64,000 nt of DNA from positions 1 to 64,000 of the forward strand of contig NW_021832275.1 of NCBI RefSeq assembly GCF_006345805.1, written 5' to 3'. A program made the translations under genes and the position numbers. This document shows positions 39,471 to 52,019 of the stretch, piece by piece. Below the pieces are notes generated by a model. It was not told where the DNA came from. It saw nothing but the letters and a program-made list of their open reading frames with translations, and did no database searches. The DNA is from Octopus sinensis. Taxonomy: Eukaryota. The first letter of the stretch is position 1. Every line of letters begins with the position of its first letter.

Positions 39471-39789
39471 AAAAACAAAATTAATAAGGTACTTCACCTT
39501 CATTGTGAACTTGAAATATCGTCTTCATGAAAAGAAAAGTGAATTGACTGTAAGTATTTAGCAGACAATAACTTCTTTATCGTCTGTTCATAAATGGAGA
39601 AAAAGGAATACTTTGGGTTATTTCCAGATAATTTCAGTTTAAACATTGTCAAATACTTGTCTATAGATTTGTGAGTGTGTATATGTGTGTGTGTAGAGAG
39701 AAAGAGACGTGAGTGAGAGAGAAAGAGACTGAAAGCACATGCATGTGCAACTCTGAATGACAACTGTATTAATGTTACTATCCCACTGC

Positions 39790-41010
39790 CACTATAAAGT
39801 TCTAGTAAGTAGGAAGGCAAACACATCACACACCCACTCAGGTAGGTGGCCCTGCTCGATCTGTAGAAAAGGTGTAGGTAGAAACTCCATAAAATGTACC
39901 CAGTGTCAGCTATGGACACATAAGACGTGCAGCAACATCAGAGGAAGATTAACCGAGAAGATAGCTTTCACATGTGGCAGATGCAGAGGAACAATAAACA
40001 CCACAGATGCCCAGAAAACAGATTCCATCACAATCCAGGGGGAGAAACTAGAAGTAGTTGACAGCTTCTGCTACCTAGGCAACCAAGTTAGTAGTGGGTG
40101 GGGGGGGGGATGCTCAGAGAGTGTTACCACTAGAATAAGAATAGCCTGGGCAAAGTTTAGAAAGCTTCTACCCCTACTGGTGACAAAAGGCCTCTCACTT
40201 AGAGTGAAAGGTAGATCGTACAATACATGCGTGCGAACTGCCATGCTTCACAGCAGTGAAACGTGGGCCGTGACTGCGAAGGACATATGTAGGCTGAAAA
40301 GAAATGAAGCTAGCATAATCCACTGGATGTGTAATGTCAGTGTGCACACACGACAGAGTGTAAGGACCCTGAGAGAAATGTTGGACATAAGAATCATCAG
40401 ATGTGGCGTGCAAGAGAGACGTTTGCACTGGTATGGTCATGTACTACGGATGGATGAGGAGAGCTGTGTGAAGAAGTGCCACTCCCAAACAGTTGAAGGA
40501 ATCTGGGGTAGAGGTAGACCCATGAAGACATGGGATAAGGTGGTCAAGCATGACCTTCAAACGTTGGGTCTCACAGAGGCAATGATGAAAGACCGAGACC
40601 TCTGGAGATATGCTGTGACTGTGAAGACCTAGCAAATAAAGTGAGTTCATGGCTGTATCCTACACCAGTTCCACATAACCAGCCCCAACCCATTCAAAAG
40701 TACCTTGGATCATAGAGCGACCTGCTGTGCTTGAGACCTCAACATCAAAATGAAAATCAAATGAAAATTGTAGTTGTGATACCCGTGCCAGTGACACGTA
40801 AAAAGCACCCACCTATCATGGCCATTGCCAGCCTCCTCTGGCCCTTGTGCTGGTAGCATGTAAAAAGCACCCACTACACTCTTGGAGTAGTTGGCATTAG
40901 GAAAGGCATCCAGCTGTAGAAACACTGCCAGATCAGACTGGAGCCTGGTGCAGCCTCCTAGCTTCCCAGACCCCAATTGAACCATCCAACCCATGCTAGC
41001 AATGATGTTA
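39790..41010 (+). mobile_element. 5'-truncated RTE LINE (PHD family)
   Basis: ORF 39757-40632 (WPCSIC...FTCGRC, SSETW, RRLHWYGHV) followed by the family 3' UTR. Confidence 0.92.
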
Positions 41011-41178
41011 TATATACAGGGAAAGAGAGAGAAACAGAATGTATGTGAGTATGTAGAGAGACCGAGAGTTATCTGAATCACAATCTGGTATTTGGACTCT
41101 ATAAATTATTGTGTTATCCCTATAAATTCACCAATACATAAAACTGACTGGTAAATAATATCTAGCAACACGTGAATG

Positions 41179-41179
<1 letters not shown>

Positions 41180-41225
<46 letters not shown>

Positions 41226-41428
41226 TTGTGTGTTGTGTTTGTCCCCCCAACATCGCTTGACAACCGATGCTGGTGTGTTTATCTCCCCGTAACTTAGCGG
41301 TTTGGCAAAAGAGACCGATAGAATAAGTACTAGGCTTACAAAGAATAAGTCCTGGGGGTCGATTTCATCGACTAAAAGCGGTGCTCCAGCATGGCCACAA
41401 TCAAATGACTGAAACAAGTAAAAGAGTA
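41180..41428 (+). mobile_element. 3' half of the tRNA-derived SINE (25407 family)
   Basis: gcggtgctccagcatggccacaatcaaatgactgaaacaagtaaaagagta tail. Confidence 0.85.
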
Positions 41429-42025
41429 TATTTATATTTATTGCATATATTTTACTTTTTGGTACATATATATATAATTCTTATTTACATTTGCAAATCA
41501 CATATCGTACATTTTTTTTTATGAATGAGCTACTCCACGTCGATCACCAGAGTGATATTTTATCACTTTATAGAGTGTTTGAGTGTCGGTTTGGTGTCTG
41601 GAATGGAATAGCTTACCTCATGGGCAGGTAGAAGCTCTTTAACCTTGGTTGGTTATCTACTTAGAAGAAGGAAATCTCTAAACTCTCCCCATCTTGTTTA
41701 TAACTGGACAATTTTATATGACATTACTATAACACCATGAACACTTCAAAATTATATTTTTGATTATATAAACCTCTTTGAATAATATTTTAGCAAACTT
41801 AAAATGATTTTTTTCGTACTGTAAACCATTTACAATATCTGTGGTGGCCCCTTTCCCTTGATGCCCTAAGTACATGCTTATTTTTCGTAATGATTAATCC
41901 AAACAAACCAGATATGCAGCAAGGAATCCAGAGAGAGTGCCACTGAGTTGATAATGTATTTACACCTTTTACCATAAGTGGGAATTTTTTTCTCTATGTT
42001 AAACCATAGTGAAATTGCCTTTAGT

Positions 42026-42067
<42 letters not shown>

Positions 42068-42149
42068 TATAAAATGAGGAAGTTTTGGTGAAGCGTTTTG
42101 TGATTTGTTGTGTAAGGCAGGAACAATGTGAGAAGGTATGAAGTAAACT

Positions 42150-42780
42150 GCAAAAGGAAAAGGAAACAAAACCAAGTTGCAGATTTACCTTGTATTTTCT
42201 ATATTTGGGAGTAAAGACTCCTTCTTTAGGACATTTGGAAAAGTGGTAGTTAGAAAAGGTCATTGCTCAGATAGGGTAGGGTTGGGAGAAGGTGGGGTGT
42301 CATGTAGTTTCTTCCTGTTGTTAATGGCTGGTCTCAGTTTGCTGATAAGGAGGGCCTCCATGATTCTGAGACTGCCTAGTAACATTGGGTTGCCTGGATG
42401 GAAACTTTAAAATCTGAGTTTGGCACTTCTTTTGGTGTTTCTTTATTGATGTGTCCATGTGTTCTTTTATATGGGTGTGCAATTTCCTGGTTGTGCTCCC
42501 TGTGTAGGATGCCTCACATTTGCTACAGACTATTTCATATACTACATAGATTCTCAAGCATGTTTTATGGGGCAGTTGGTTAGTTTGCATCCCACAATAT
42601 ACTATCTGTAGTATTTTTCTTCAACATCTGTGTGTTGAGTCCCTCCCTGTGGATCGCATGTTGAATTGCTGCAGTTGTTCTGTCTTCAAAGTTGGGCAAT
42701 TTGAAGAAGCACTTTTCTGAGTTGGGGTTATGGAGCTGCTTATGTGGCTTACCCACTTTCATGTTTTGTGGATGCAGTCA
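42150..42780 (-). mobile_element. Decayed PLE GIY-YIG fragment (Penelope/Poseidon-like) with an HHR relic at 42196-42233
   Basis: VVYEIVCSKCEASYTGSTTRKLHTHIKEH (42321-42590). Confidence 0.8.
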
Positions 42781-43160
42781 TTTAGCTACAGATGGTTTGA
42801 TTCCCTGAGTGGTTGGTACATTGTGTTCTTGAGCAATACACTTCATTTCACATTGCTCCAATCCCTACTTTCAATCAAGTGGGAGGATGTTGGTCCGCTC
42901 ACCTAGCCAGCAGGGTGGCATCATTTGAAGGCTAAAATAATGCAAGTGCACATTGGACCAGCAATGTGTAATAAGATCTGGTAGCCTGGTCAATCATGTG
43001 ATCACGTGACATATGCAATTACATTGTGGAAAAGCTATATAATAACACAAAGCTGCACTTCAAATTTATTTCATGAAGTGTCAAATTTTCATCACACACT
43101 GTGACCTGATTACTGACACAGTTCCAGTTGGTGTGGAATACATATATAAACATACTGACA

Positions 43161-44211
43161 TATGAATATGTTGTCTCAAAAGTAATGGACATAGGTCATT
43201 CAAATTGTACAAGCTGGTGGAGTAAGTTTACCTCCAAAAGTGCTACATGACAGTCTCCATCATAAGTGATGCACTTGTACCATTGTCTAACCCATCTTGT
43301 GAGTGCTCTTTGAAAAAATTTCAGGTTTGCATTGTTTACTCACTTCTTCACAACCACTTTCAACTCCTCTGTGTTGGTGGAAATCAGAGGTCACCAGATC
43401 CATGCTGTAGGGTGGATGGGTCCCACTGGTTGGCTCAATTTGTTGATTGCTTGATTTATTGCCTAAGTTGTATGTGGTCATACATTGTTATGGTGAATAT
43501 GAATTGTTTTCAGGCTCTTGTTCAGTCTTTTCCTCCTAATAGCTTCTCTAAACTTTCCAAGTGTCTCAATGAACTACTCACTATTCACAGTACAACCACA
43601 TTCCAGAAATCAAAGGAAAATGATGCTCTTGTCATCCCTAAAAACAGTCATCATGACCTTCTGTATGAATTGCTGGCTCTTGAATTTCTTGAGCTGTGAA
43701 GAAGAGGTGTGGCACCATTCCATAGAGTGAGCCTTCATTTCTGGACTATAGAAATATGCCCTCATTTTATTTCCTGTCACCAGGTCAGACCAAAATGTAT
43801 CTTCATTGGCTTGAAACACCTCCAGCAGATCAGAACATACTTCCTCCTTTTTGTCCTTCAAATTGAGATACCTTCTTTATGCACACTTTCAACTATCCAG
43901 AGTCTTCAGCCATCTTTTGTAATGCATTGCAACCAGAGTCCATTTGTGCAGCAAGCTCACAGTTTGCAACTTGTCTGTCTGTGCAAATCAGTTCAACCAC
44001 TTGCTGGCAATTTATGTCATTGGTAGCAGTGCTAGTTCTCCTTTCTTTAAACATCATCCATCGATGCACATTGTCCTTGTCAATGGTATCATCCCTGTAG
44101 ACAACCGTCTTATATTTGTGGTTTTAGAAATTAGAGTGTCACTTTCTAAGACTTGGATCAAAGGTGTGCTCATACATTGTGCGTCTTTCAGACATTATTT
44201 TTACACTTGTA
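43161..44211 (-). mobile_element. Decayed mariner (Tc1/mariner) transposon
   Basis: LVTGNKMRAYFYSPEMKAHSMEW..KKFKSQ..KVMMTVFRD and HPPYSMDL; eroded TIR-like ends (ttgtctcaaaagtaatggac / gacattatttttacac). Confidence 0.82.
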
Positions 44212-44392
44212 TTAGGAGGAAACAAAAAGCAAATAAAAGCATGGTTAGGGTATGAATAATTAGTAGAGATCACATGAGAAGGATGAAGGGGAAGAAGAAG
44301 ACAAAGAAGTGTATGTGTGTTTATGTATATATACATATGTGCATGTGTGTGTGTGTGTATTTTATATATATGCATATAAATACATGTTTGTG

Positions 44393-44432
<40 letters not shown>

Positions 44433-44434
44433 AT

Positions 44435-44760
44435 CATCATCATCATCGTTTAATGTCCATCTTCCATGCATGCATGAGTAGGATGGTTCACAGGAGCTAA
44501 CCAGGTCCAAAAAGTACCCTATGCTGCTGTGTCTGTTTTGGCAGAGTTTTTTTATGGCTGGATGCCCTTCCTAACACCAACCACTCTGCAGAGTAGACTC
44601 AGTGCTTTTTATGTCGCACTAGCACAGGCGAGGTTAGTTTTGGCATGATTTTTACAGCTGGATGCTCTTCCAAATGCCCACCACTTTATAGAGTGGACTA
44701 GGTGCTTTTTACATAGTACCAGCACTGGAAGGGTCACTAAGTGACTCGCATGACAAGGAA
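44435..44760 (-). mobile_element. RTE 3' UTR fragment
   Basis: catcatcatcgtttaatgtcc tail and ggctggatgcccttcctaacaccaaccactc block. Confidence 0.75.
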
Positions 44761-44808
44761 TTATGAGAGGGGCATACACACACATGTATATATATATATA
44801 TAGATATA

Positions 44809-44960
44809 CTAGCAGAGATACCCGGCATTGCCCATGTTACATGCAATTGAAGAATTAGTCTTTTTTGTTATATTTTCTGTAATGAACTGGAATATCTGTT
44901 TCGAATTTCATCAAAATTGCAGATGAGGGTTATTTCCCTCGTTACACACCCTAAAAAAAT
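44809..44960 (-). mobile_element. Helitron-type 3' terminus of a non-autonomous element; far end unresolved
   Basis: actagcagagatacccggcattgccc parallels actagctgaaatacccagcgttgccc at 33585. Confidence 0.6.
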
Positions 44961-45859
44961 TGTAATTGTGCCAGATGTATCCCATACTACTGATTTTTAT
45001 GCGCATATTCCAAAATTCCAGTCTTATTGAACCTGTTAAAAGGATTTTGCTCCTGAAAAAGGAATGTCATGGAGCTCTAAAATGTGAGAGTGAAGGGCCC
45101 TGTTGGGGGTGGGTGTCTTATTATCAAGCAGAGAAGTTGAATTGTTGAGAATCTTTTTAACTTGGGTCTTATATCTATTGTTTGAATTTCTTTGAAATAG
45201 GAAATATATGTTTACTGGGTTTGTAAAAGATAGCAAAGCTACAGGAAACCAAAAGACGAATGATCACAATAAGCAGTCAGTTACCCTACCCTATTCATTA
45301 CCACTCCCAATGTAGGATTCTTCACCATCCAGGTGACAGGCACAGCCGTAAGATGCAATCCAAATCTATAGCAATTGGAAGGACGTGACTCAACTGAAAT
45401 AAACATCAACAACTGTGTGACATGAAGGCTAAGGAGAAATGAAAGTGTCACCTCTGGAGTTTGCAAATGACCACTATACTGATATGTAACTGGACAGAAT
45501 ACATTTACAATCTATAAATGTCTTTGAATAACCAGTTACTCATCTGGGAAGGCCTTGAAATCAATGTTACCATCTGGGGACTATGTGTGACCCAGTGATG
45601 ATAAAAAGACTGAAAGGAGGTCTGCAATCAAATAACTTTACTCAGCACTTTGCAACTAAATCAGTGGAGGCAAAGATGCCTCTCATTTACTTGACAATTT
45701 ATGCACCACATTGCAGAAATCACAATGTAAGTGTATGTCAAAGCAAACTGTTACACAGTTGTACCATTGAATTACAAATAATGCTCATATTTTATGTTCT
45801 GGTAACCCTATAGCTTCTAAGAGTACAACTGTCTTTGCTTAGATAAAATGACAAAATTG

Positions 45860-46390
45860 ATACAACTGAGTGGGCAAACTAAAATATAAGACACAGCTTA
45901 GTGCTATTTTTATGTTGATAAGCCTGGTACTTATTCTATTAATTTGTTCTTGTGAAACCAGTAAGTTCTGAGGATATAAATAAATGAACACCAGGTGTGA
46001 AGCAGTGATGAGAGAGAAACACAGAGACAAAGATACACACATACACTTACATATATACATATATATATGATTGATTTGCTTCAGTTCCTGTCTACGAAAT
46101 TCATATATATATATATATACACACACACAAAGATAAATTGATAAATACAACTGAGTGGGCGAACTAAAAATATTAGACACTATCTAGTGCTTTTTTTTTA
46201 TTTTGATAGTCCTGTTACTTATTCTATCAGTTTCTTCTTGTGAAATCAGTAAGTTATGGGGATGTAAATAAACGAATACCAGTTGTGAAGCAGTGATGAG
46301 GGAGAAACACAAACACATACACATAGACTTACATATATACATACATATATATACAATTGATTTTTTTCAGTTTGTGTCTACAAAATCCAC
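45860..46390 (-). mobile_element. Two tandem decayed SINE 3' halves
   Basis: Both contain tacttattctat and agagaaacaca..acacatacac, as in the 25407 SINE. Confidence 0.6.
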
Positions 46391-46399
46391 TGACCTGTG

Positions 46400-48198
46400 T
46401 GATGGGAATAAGCATATATATGATGGGAATAAGCATATATGGTTTGTAATTCCCTTTGGTAAGCAGATTAGAACTAACCTCCCCCTCATGTTTAGACAAG
46501 CCATCGCCAATAACTTCCCCAGAAATTCCAAATATTACTCCACGGTTAACTCGCATAAAGTTAGGATAGCTTTCTCCAACACTAAAAACCTCGCCCAGAT
46601 AATCGCCTCCCATAATAATAGGCTGCTTACTAAGACCCTATCACCTTTTTCCGGAGGCACAGCCTCTTCCGCTCCCGGTTTAATGCTCAGTAGGAATAAT
46701 TATAGTAGTAATAATGATATGAGAGCCAGTACAGTGACTCATAGTCTCAGCTCCAGCCAGGGATTACACACTAGGGGTATAGTTATAAATAGGGGTGTTG
46801 TAGTTGACGGTAACAATGGGAGTAGGGTAGAGAGTCCCAATAGCAACCCCAGCATCATTTCCTGCAATAGCAGCACCACGGGCACTAGCAATGACAGCAC
46901 TCTGATAGATAGTCGAGAATCAGGGGTTATTCCGTTAGTTAATAGTGACGTAGTGGAAAATAAAGTAGTAAGCGGCTGCAGTTCTCGTAACAAATATAGT
47001 GACGGTAACGCAGTTCTAATTTCAGAAACTAATCCTAGCAGAATAAGATTCACGTCGGCGAACTCCAAGATCAGAAACGCCGTCTACCAATGCAAGGTTT
47101 ACACAGACTCAGATGTCTACGCTTATGTAGGGGCCTCATCGTCAAGATTGGCTTTGCGAATCTCCAATCATTACGCAACTTTTCGGGACATGAATAAACG
47201 CCAGACCACGGGACTCAGCAAGCTAATATGGCAATTGAAGGATACGAACTCAAGCTACAGGCTGGAATGGTCAATTTTGTCGGTGGCCCTCCCATTTGAT
47301 AGGGGCAGAAGGAAGTGCAACCTTTGTGTCTCCGAACTCTTCCATATTTTGTTCGCCAGAGACCGGATGGTAAACGGACTTTTACAGTCGGCTTTTCGAT
47401 GCCCCCATTGGCGGCGTTACACTTATCTGGCTTATAAATAACGCTTATAAATAATACCTGTACCCATAGCCCTTGGTAATAAATTCTGAAATAGCCTTTA
47501 AGATAATTACGATTAACCACTGCAAGGGGAATTACTCCTGTAAGATAAACGGGGCTTTGTTTTTGACGACGGGGGGTTTCTTTGACAAGGCATGATTAGA
47601 CGAACACACGCACACATAAAACATAAAATATTTTTCTGCCACCCAACGGTTCTTACTGCAGTAGCCATTGTGTAGAGCTGCTTAACAACTGACAGCCGAG
47701 CGATCAAACGCACACACGTACACAAAAAATGTTTTCTACCCCTTGACGGAGTTCTTGCCAACCTGCGCCAGCACACATATATAGAACAGTAAACACACAC
47801 ATGTCTCTAAGTAGATTTTTTCTCGCCCCTTATAATACATCCAATATTCCTTAAATAGTCAGAACTTTATTCTCAGTCACAAAGAACATCTACACACCCT
47901 CACCCACAGGAATGACTGCTGCCTGACCCGTTAAAATCTTCAACCACCGGTTCTCAACATACACTGATAAACAGTTTTGCCATGGGCTCTTAGGAGCCTA
48001 GTTCGATTTGTTTTGCTCTGCCTCTGTTCTGTTTTTGTTTTTTCCAACGTATTTCCTATTTCTTCCTGAAGAGAAAGACACAATATGGTCTCATTATTCA
48101 ATCGGATTTTGGTAAATTGTGCCTTTCGAAACACGTGTAGAATGAAATAAAACGATTTCTGTTCAATCTTCGTTCAGCTCCATTTCTTCAATTCACCT
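46400..48198 (+). mobile_element. 5'-truncated PLE (Nematis-like) lacking RT; open GIY-YIG ORF to 47441; pseudo-LTR with HHR; ends in (TA)n
   Basis: HIWFVIPF, FPRNSKYY, AFSNTKNLAQIIASHN, AVYQ, YVG, RISNH, LSKLIWQLK, CNLCVSE; ~20-bp tandem duplication at the 5' junction (46400-46440). Confidence 0.88.
48058..48148 (+). ncRNA. Type I hammerhead ribozyme with extended stem II
   Basis: ATTTCTTC-CTGAAGA-GAAAGaCACAAT...ATTGTGcCTTTC-GAAAC-ACGT-GTA/GAATGAAAT; palindromic loop ACGT; predicted cut after 48139. Confidence 0.85.
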
Positions 48199-48205
48199 AT
48201 ATATA

Positions 48206-48252
<47 letters not shown>

Positions 48253-48344
48253 TATATATATATTATATATATTTTTATATATATATATATATTATATATA
48301 TATATATTTATATATATATATATATATAATTATATATATATTTT

Positions 48345-48375
<31 letters not shown>

Positions 48376-48536
48376 TTTTATATATATATATATATTTATA
48401 TATATATTTTTATATATTATATATATATTTATATATATATTATATATATATATATAATAATAAATATTAGGGAATAAATCCAAATTTACAGGGAAAAAAT
48501 CAGATTTAGGATTAAATCGATTTTATAGTAAAATAT

Positions 48537-48700
48537 TATAAAATATTATTAGAGACAAAACCACTATTTTGCAAAACAAACAAGGAAAGACTTAATCAAT
48601 ACATAAAATTTTAATAAATTTATTAAAATTTTATGTATTGATTAAGTCTTTCCTTGTTTGTTTTGCAAAATAGTGGTTTTGTCTCTAATAATATTTTATA
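48537..48700. repeat. Perfect 164-bp palindrome (82+82, no spacer)
   Basis: Centre AATAAA|TTTATT at 48618/48619; arms match base for base by eye. Confidence 0.95.
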
Positions 48701-48720
48701 TATATATATATATATATATA

Positions 48721-49604
48721 GGTGGAAGTGATATATCTCGACTTTGCAAAGGCCTTTGATAAAGTCGAACATGGAATGATATGTCAGAAACTGCGTGATC
48801 TCAACACAGTTGGAAAACTGGGAGAATGGCTTCATGACTTTCTGAAAGATAGAAGTCAGGTGGTTGTAGCCAATGGGGCCGCAAATAGTGAGCGGTGTTC
48901 CGCAGGGCACTGTTTTCGAACCACTACTGTTCATAATGGCCCTCTCAGACATGCCCTCAGCCACGCAGAGAGCCACGATGACAAGTTATGCAGATGATAC
49001 AAAAGTTTCACAGGCAATACAGAACCCTGAGGACACTAAACGCCTGCAATGTGAGCTGGACAAAATATACAAGTGGGCTGAAAAGAATAGCATGCAGTTC
49101 AATGCTGAAAAGTTTCAAGCTTTATACTATCAGCATGCAAAACTAAATGCAATACCCAATGAATACACTGGACCCGGAGGAATAGCAATCCCAGAGGCAC
49201 AATCAGTGCCTGACCTGGGTATTCACATGAGTGATGACGCAACCTTTCGTGTACATGTTGCTAAATTGGCAATGAAATGTAGACGACTGGCCGGATGGAT
49301 TCTCAGAACCTTTAGAACAAGAGAACAAGAAACCATGATGGTCCTCTGGAGGACACTTGTCCTAAGCCACTTTGACTATTGCTCTTAGTTATGGTCACCA
49401 TCCAGTGTCAAATTGATCACAGAACTTGAGGCGATCCAACGTAGCTACACGAAGAAGATAGCCTCTATGCAGAATATAAGCTACTGGGAAAGACTCAAGA
49501 GGTTAAAACTATATTCCTTGGAACGTAGGCGGGAAAGATATGCCATAATATACATCTGGAAGATCCTGGAGGGACTTGTCCCAAACTTTGGCATCGAGAG
49601 TTAC

Positions 49605-49606
<2 letters not shown>
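48721..49606 (+). mobile_element. CR1/Jockey-group LINE RT fragment (family of 1-2100)
   Basis: [43 protein letters not shown]. Confidence 0.9.
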
Positions 49607-49668
<62 letters not shown>

Positions 49669-49734
49669 TTATATATTTATATATATTTAATATATATATA
49701 TAATAATATTTTATATATTTATATATTTATATAT

Positions 49735-49772
<38 letters not shown>

Positions 49773-49794
49773 TAATATATTTATATATGTATAT

Positions 49795-50250
49795 CTATAG
49801 AAATACATCTATACATATAAATGTATATATATATATATGCATCTATACATATAAATGTATATATATATATGCATCTATACATATAAATGTGTATATATAT
49901 ATATGCATCTATACATATAAATGTATATATATATATATGCATCTATACATATAAATGTATATATATATATGCATCTATACATATAAATGTATATATATAT
50001 ATATGCATCTATACATATAAATGTATATATATATATATGCATCTATACATATAAATGTATATATATATATATGCATCTATACATATAAATGTATATATAT
50101 ATATGCATCTATACATATACATGTATATATATATATGCATCTATACATATACATGTATATATATATATTGCATCTATACATATACATGTATATATATATA
50201 TATGCATCCATATATATACATGTATATATAATATATATGCATCCATATAT

Positions 50251-50289
<39 letters not shown>

Positions 50290-50334
50290 TCCATATATAT
50301 ACATGTATATATATATATATATGCATCCATATAT

Positions 50335-50384
<50 letters not shown>

Positions 50385-50515
50385 TATATGCATCCATATA
50401 TATACATGTGTGTGTATAAATTTATATATATATATATATATTTATATATGTATATCTATAGAAACACATCTATACATAGACATGTATATATATATATATA
50501 TATATGCATCCATAT

Positions 50516-50566
<51 letters not shown>

Positions 50567-50668
50567 TCCATATATATACATGTGTATATATATATATATA
50601 TTATATATATGCATCCATATATATATACATGTGTATATATATATATATATATGCATCCATATATATAC

Positions 50669-50713
<45 letters not shown>

Positions 50714-50800
50714 TCCATATATATACATGTGTGTATATATATATATATATGCATCCATATATATATGCATCCATATATATACATGTGTGTATATATATAT
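49795..50800. repeat. ~28-bp TA-based minisatellite (GCATCTATACAT grading into GCATCCATATAT)
   Basis: Directly visible. Confidence 0.9.
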
Positions 50801-50814
50801 ATATATTTATTTAT

Positions 50815-51330
50815 TTTATAGAAGGAGCTTCTACAGGACTAGAACTGTTTCATTCAAAAGAAATCATCAGGAAGCTAGTAGACAAGAGTTGTTTTGGCAT
50901 TTATACATTTAGGCAGGTTTAAATGGGTGGTGGTGGGGGACTTTTTTGGGGGGTAGGCATGGCGCAAAGCTGTCATTATAAGGGGAGTGGTCAAAGGAAT
51001 CATTGGTAAAGTAGATAATAGAATAAATAAAAGAATAAAAAAATAAAATAAAAAGATAAAAAAATATAAATAGAAAAATAGGGTTTTAGGTAAGTAGGGA
51101 GACTCTCACTTGTACATCTACATATATATATATACACATGTATATACCCGCATATTCACATATATCTATACATATACATACTTACCCACATATACATACA
51201 TATATATATATATATACATACATACACATACATATACATATATACATACATATACATACATACATACACATACCCATGTACGTACACACAGATACACATA
51301 TACATACATATACATATATGTATACCCACT

Positions 51331-51363
<33 letters not shown>

Positions 51364-51400
51364 CATCTATATACATATATATACACATGTAAATTTAAAT
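50815..51400 (-). mobile_element. Fourth, more diverged copy of the HHR-terminated repeat family
   Basis: Homologous to 4497-4790. Confidence 0.85.
50826..50876 (-). ncRNA. Type I hammerhead ribozyme (51-nt family, copy 4) with canonical CUGAUGA
   Basis: AGCTTC-CTGATGA-TTTCTTTTGAAT-GAAACAG-TTCTAGTC-CTGT-A/GAAGCT; the two differences from copies 1-3 fall at N7 and in loop II. Confidence 0.87.
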
Positions 51401-52019
51401 TTTAAATAATAATGATGGTGAAAAATTGAATATTAATTTGATTAATATGAATTTAAAACCAGTGGTATAGCATATAAGACCATAGCGGATCTCTTCTAGC
51501 TTAATGTATAATGGATGTCCAGTTACATTTCATCCCTGTTATATAATAGTTTCAGTATTAAAGTGAAAGTATCTGACATTACAATAGAGAGATGTTTTGT
51601 TTCACTTTTCACACGTAATACTGAAATAGTGGAGAAGATATGATATTGCTGTGGGCTCACACTAGGCAAAAAGTCAAAGTAAGGACCCTAAGTAAGGCAT
51701 GTGTAAAATTTGAATGAAATTGGTTGTGTAGTTCTCAAGTTTGAGGGATTCACACAGACAGACAGACATTTTCAGTTCTATATATATATATATATATATA
51801 GATAAGGATAATCAGATCTGACTTGGGAAAAAGAAGATTGCACTGGTATGTGGTGTGTGGATGAAGACAGCTATATAAAGAAGTGACAGTAGCTAAATCT
51901 AGCTGGAGCTTGTGGAAGGGGGAGATTCAGGAAGACATGAGACAAATTTGTGAGAGCTGATCTTAGGACCCTGAGATATATATATATATCTATATGTGTG
52001 TGTGTGTGGTGGGGTGAAG

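Noticed and set aside
39488-39560. Possible small exon (ag|GTACTTC...GACT|gtaagt)
   Set aside because: The peptide YFTFIVNLKYRLHEKKSELT does not resemble the expected Cys-rich MEGF8 segment; no other support.
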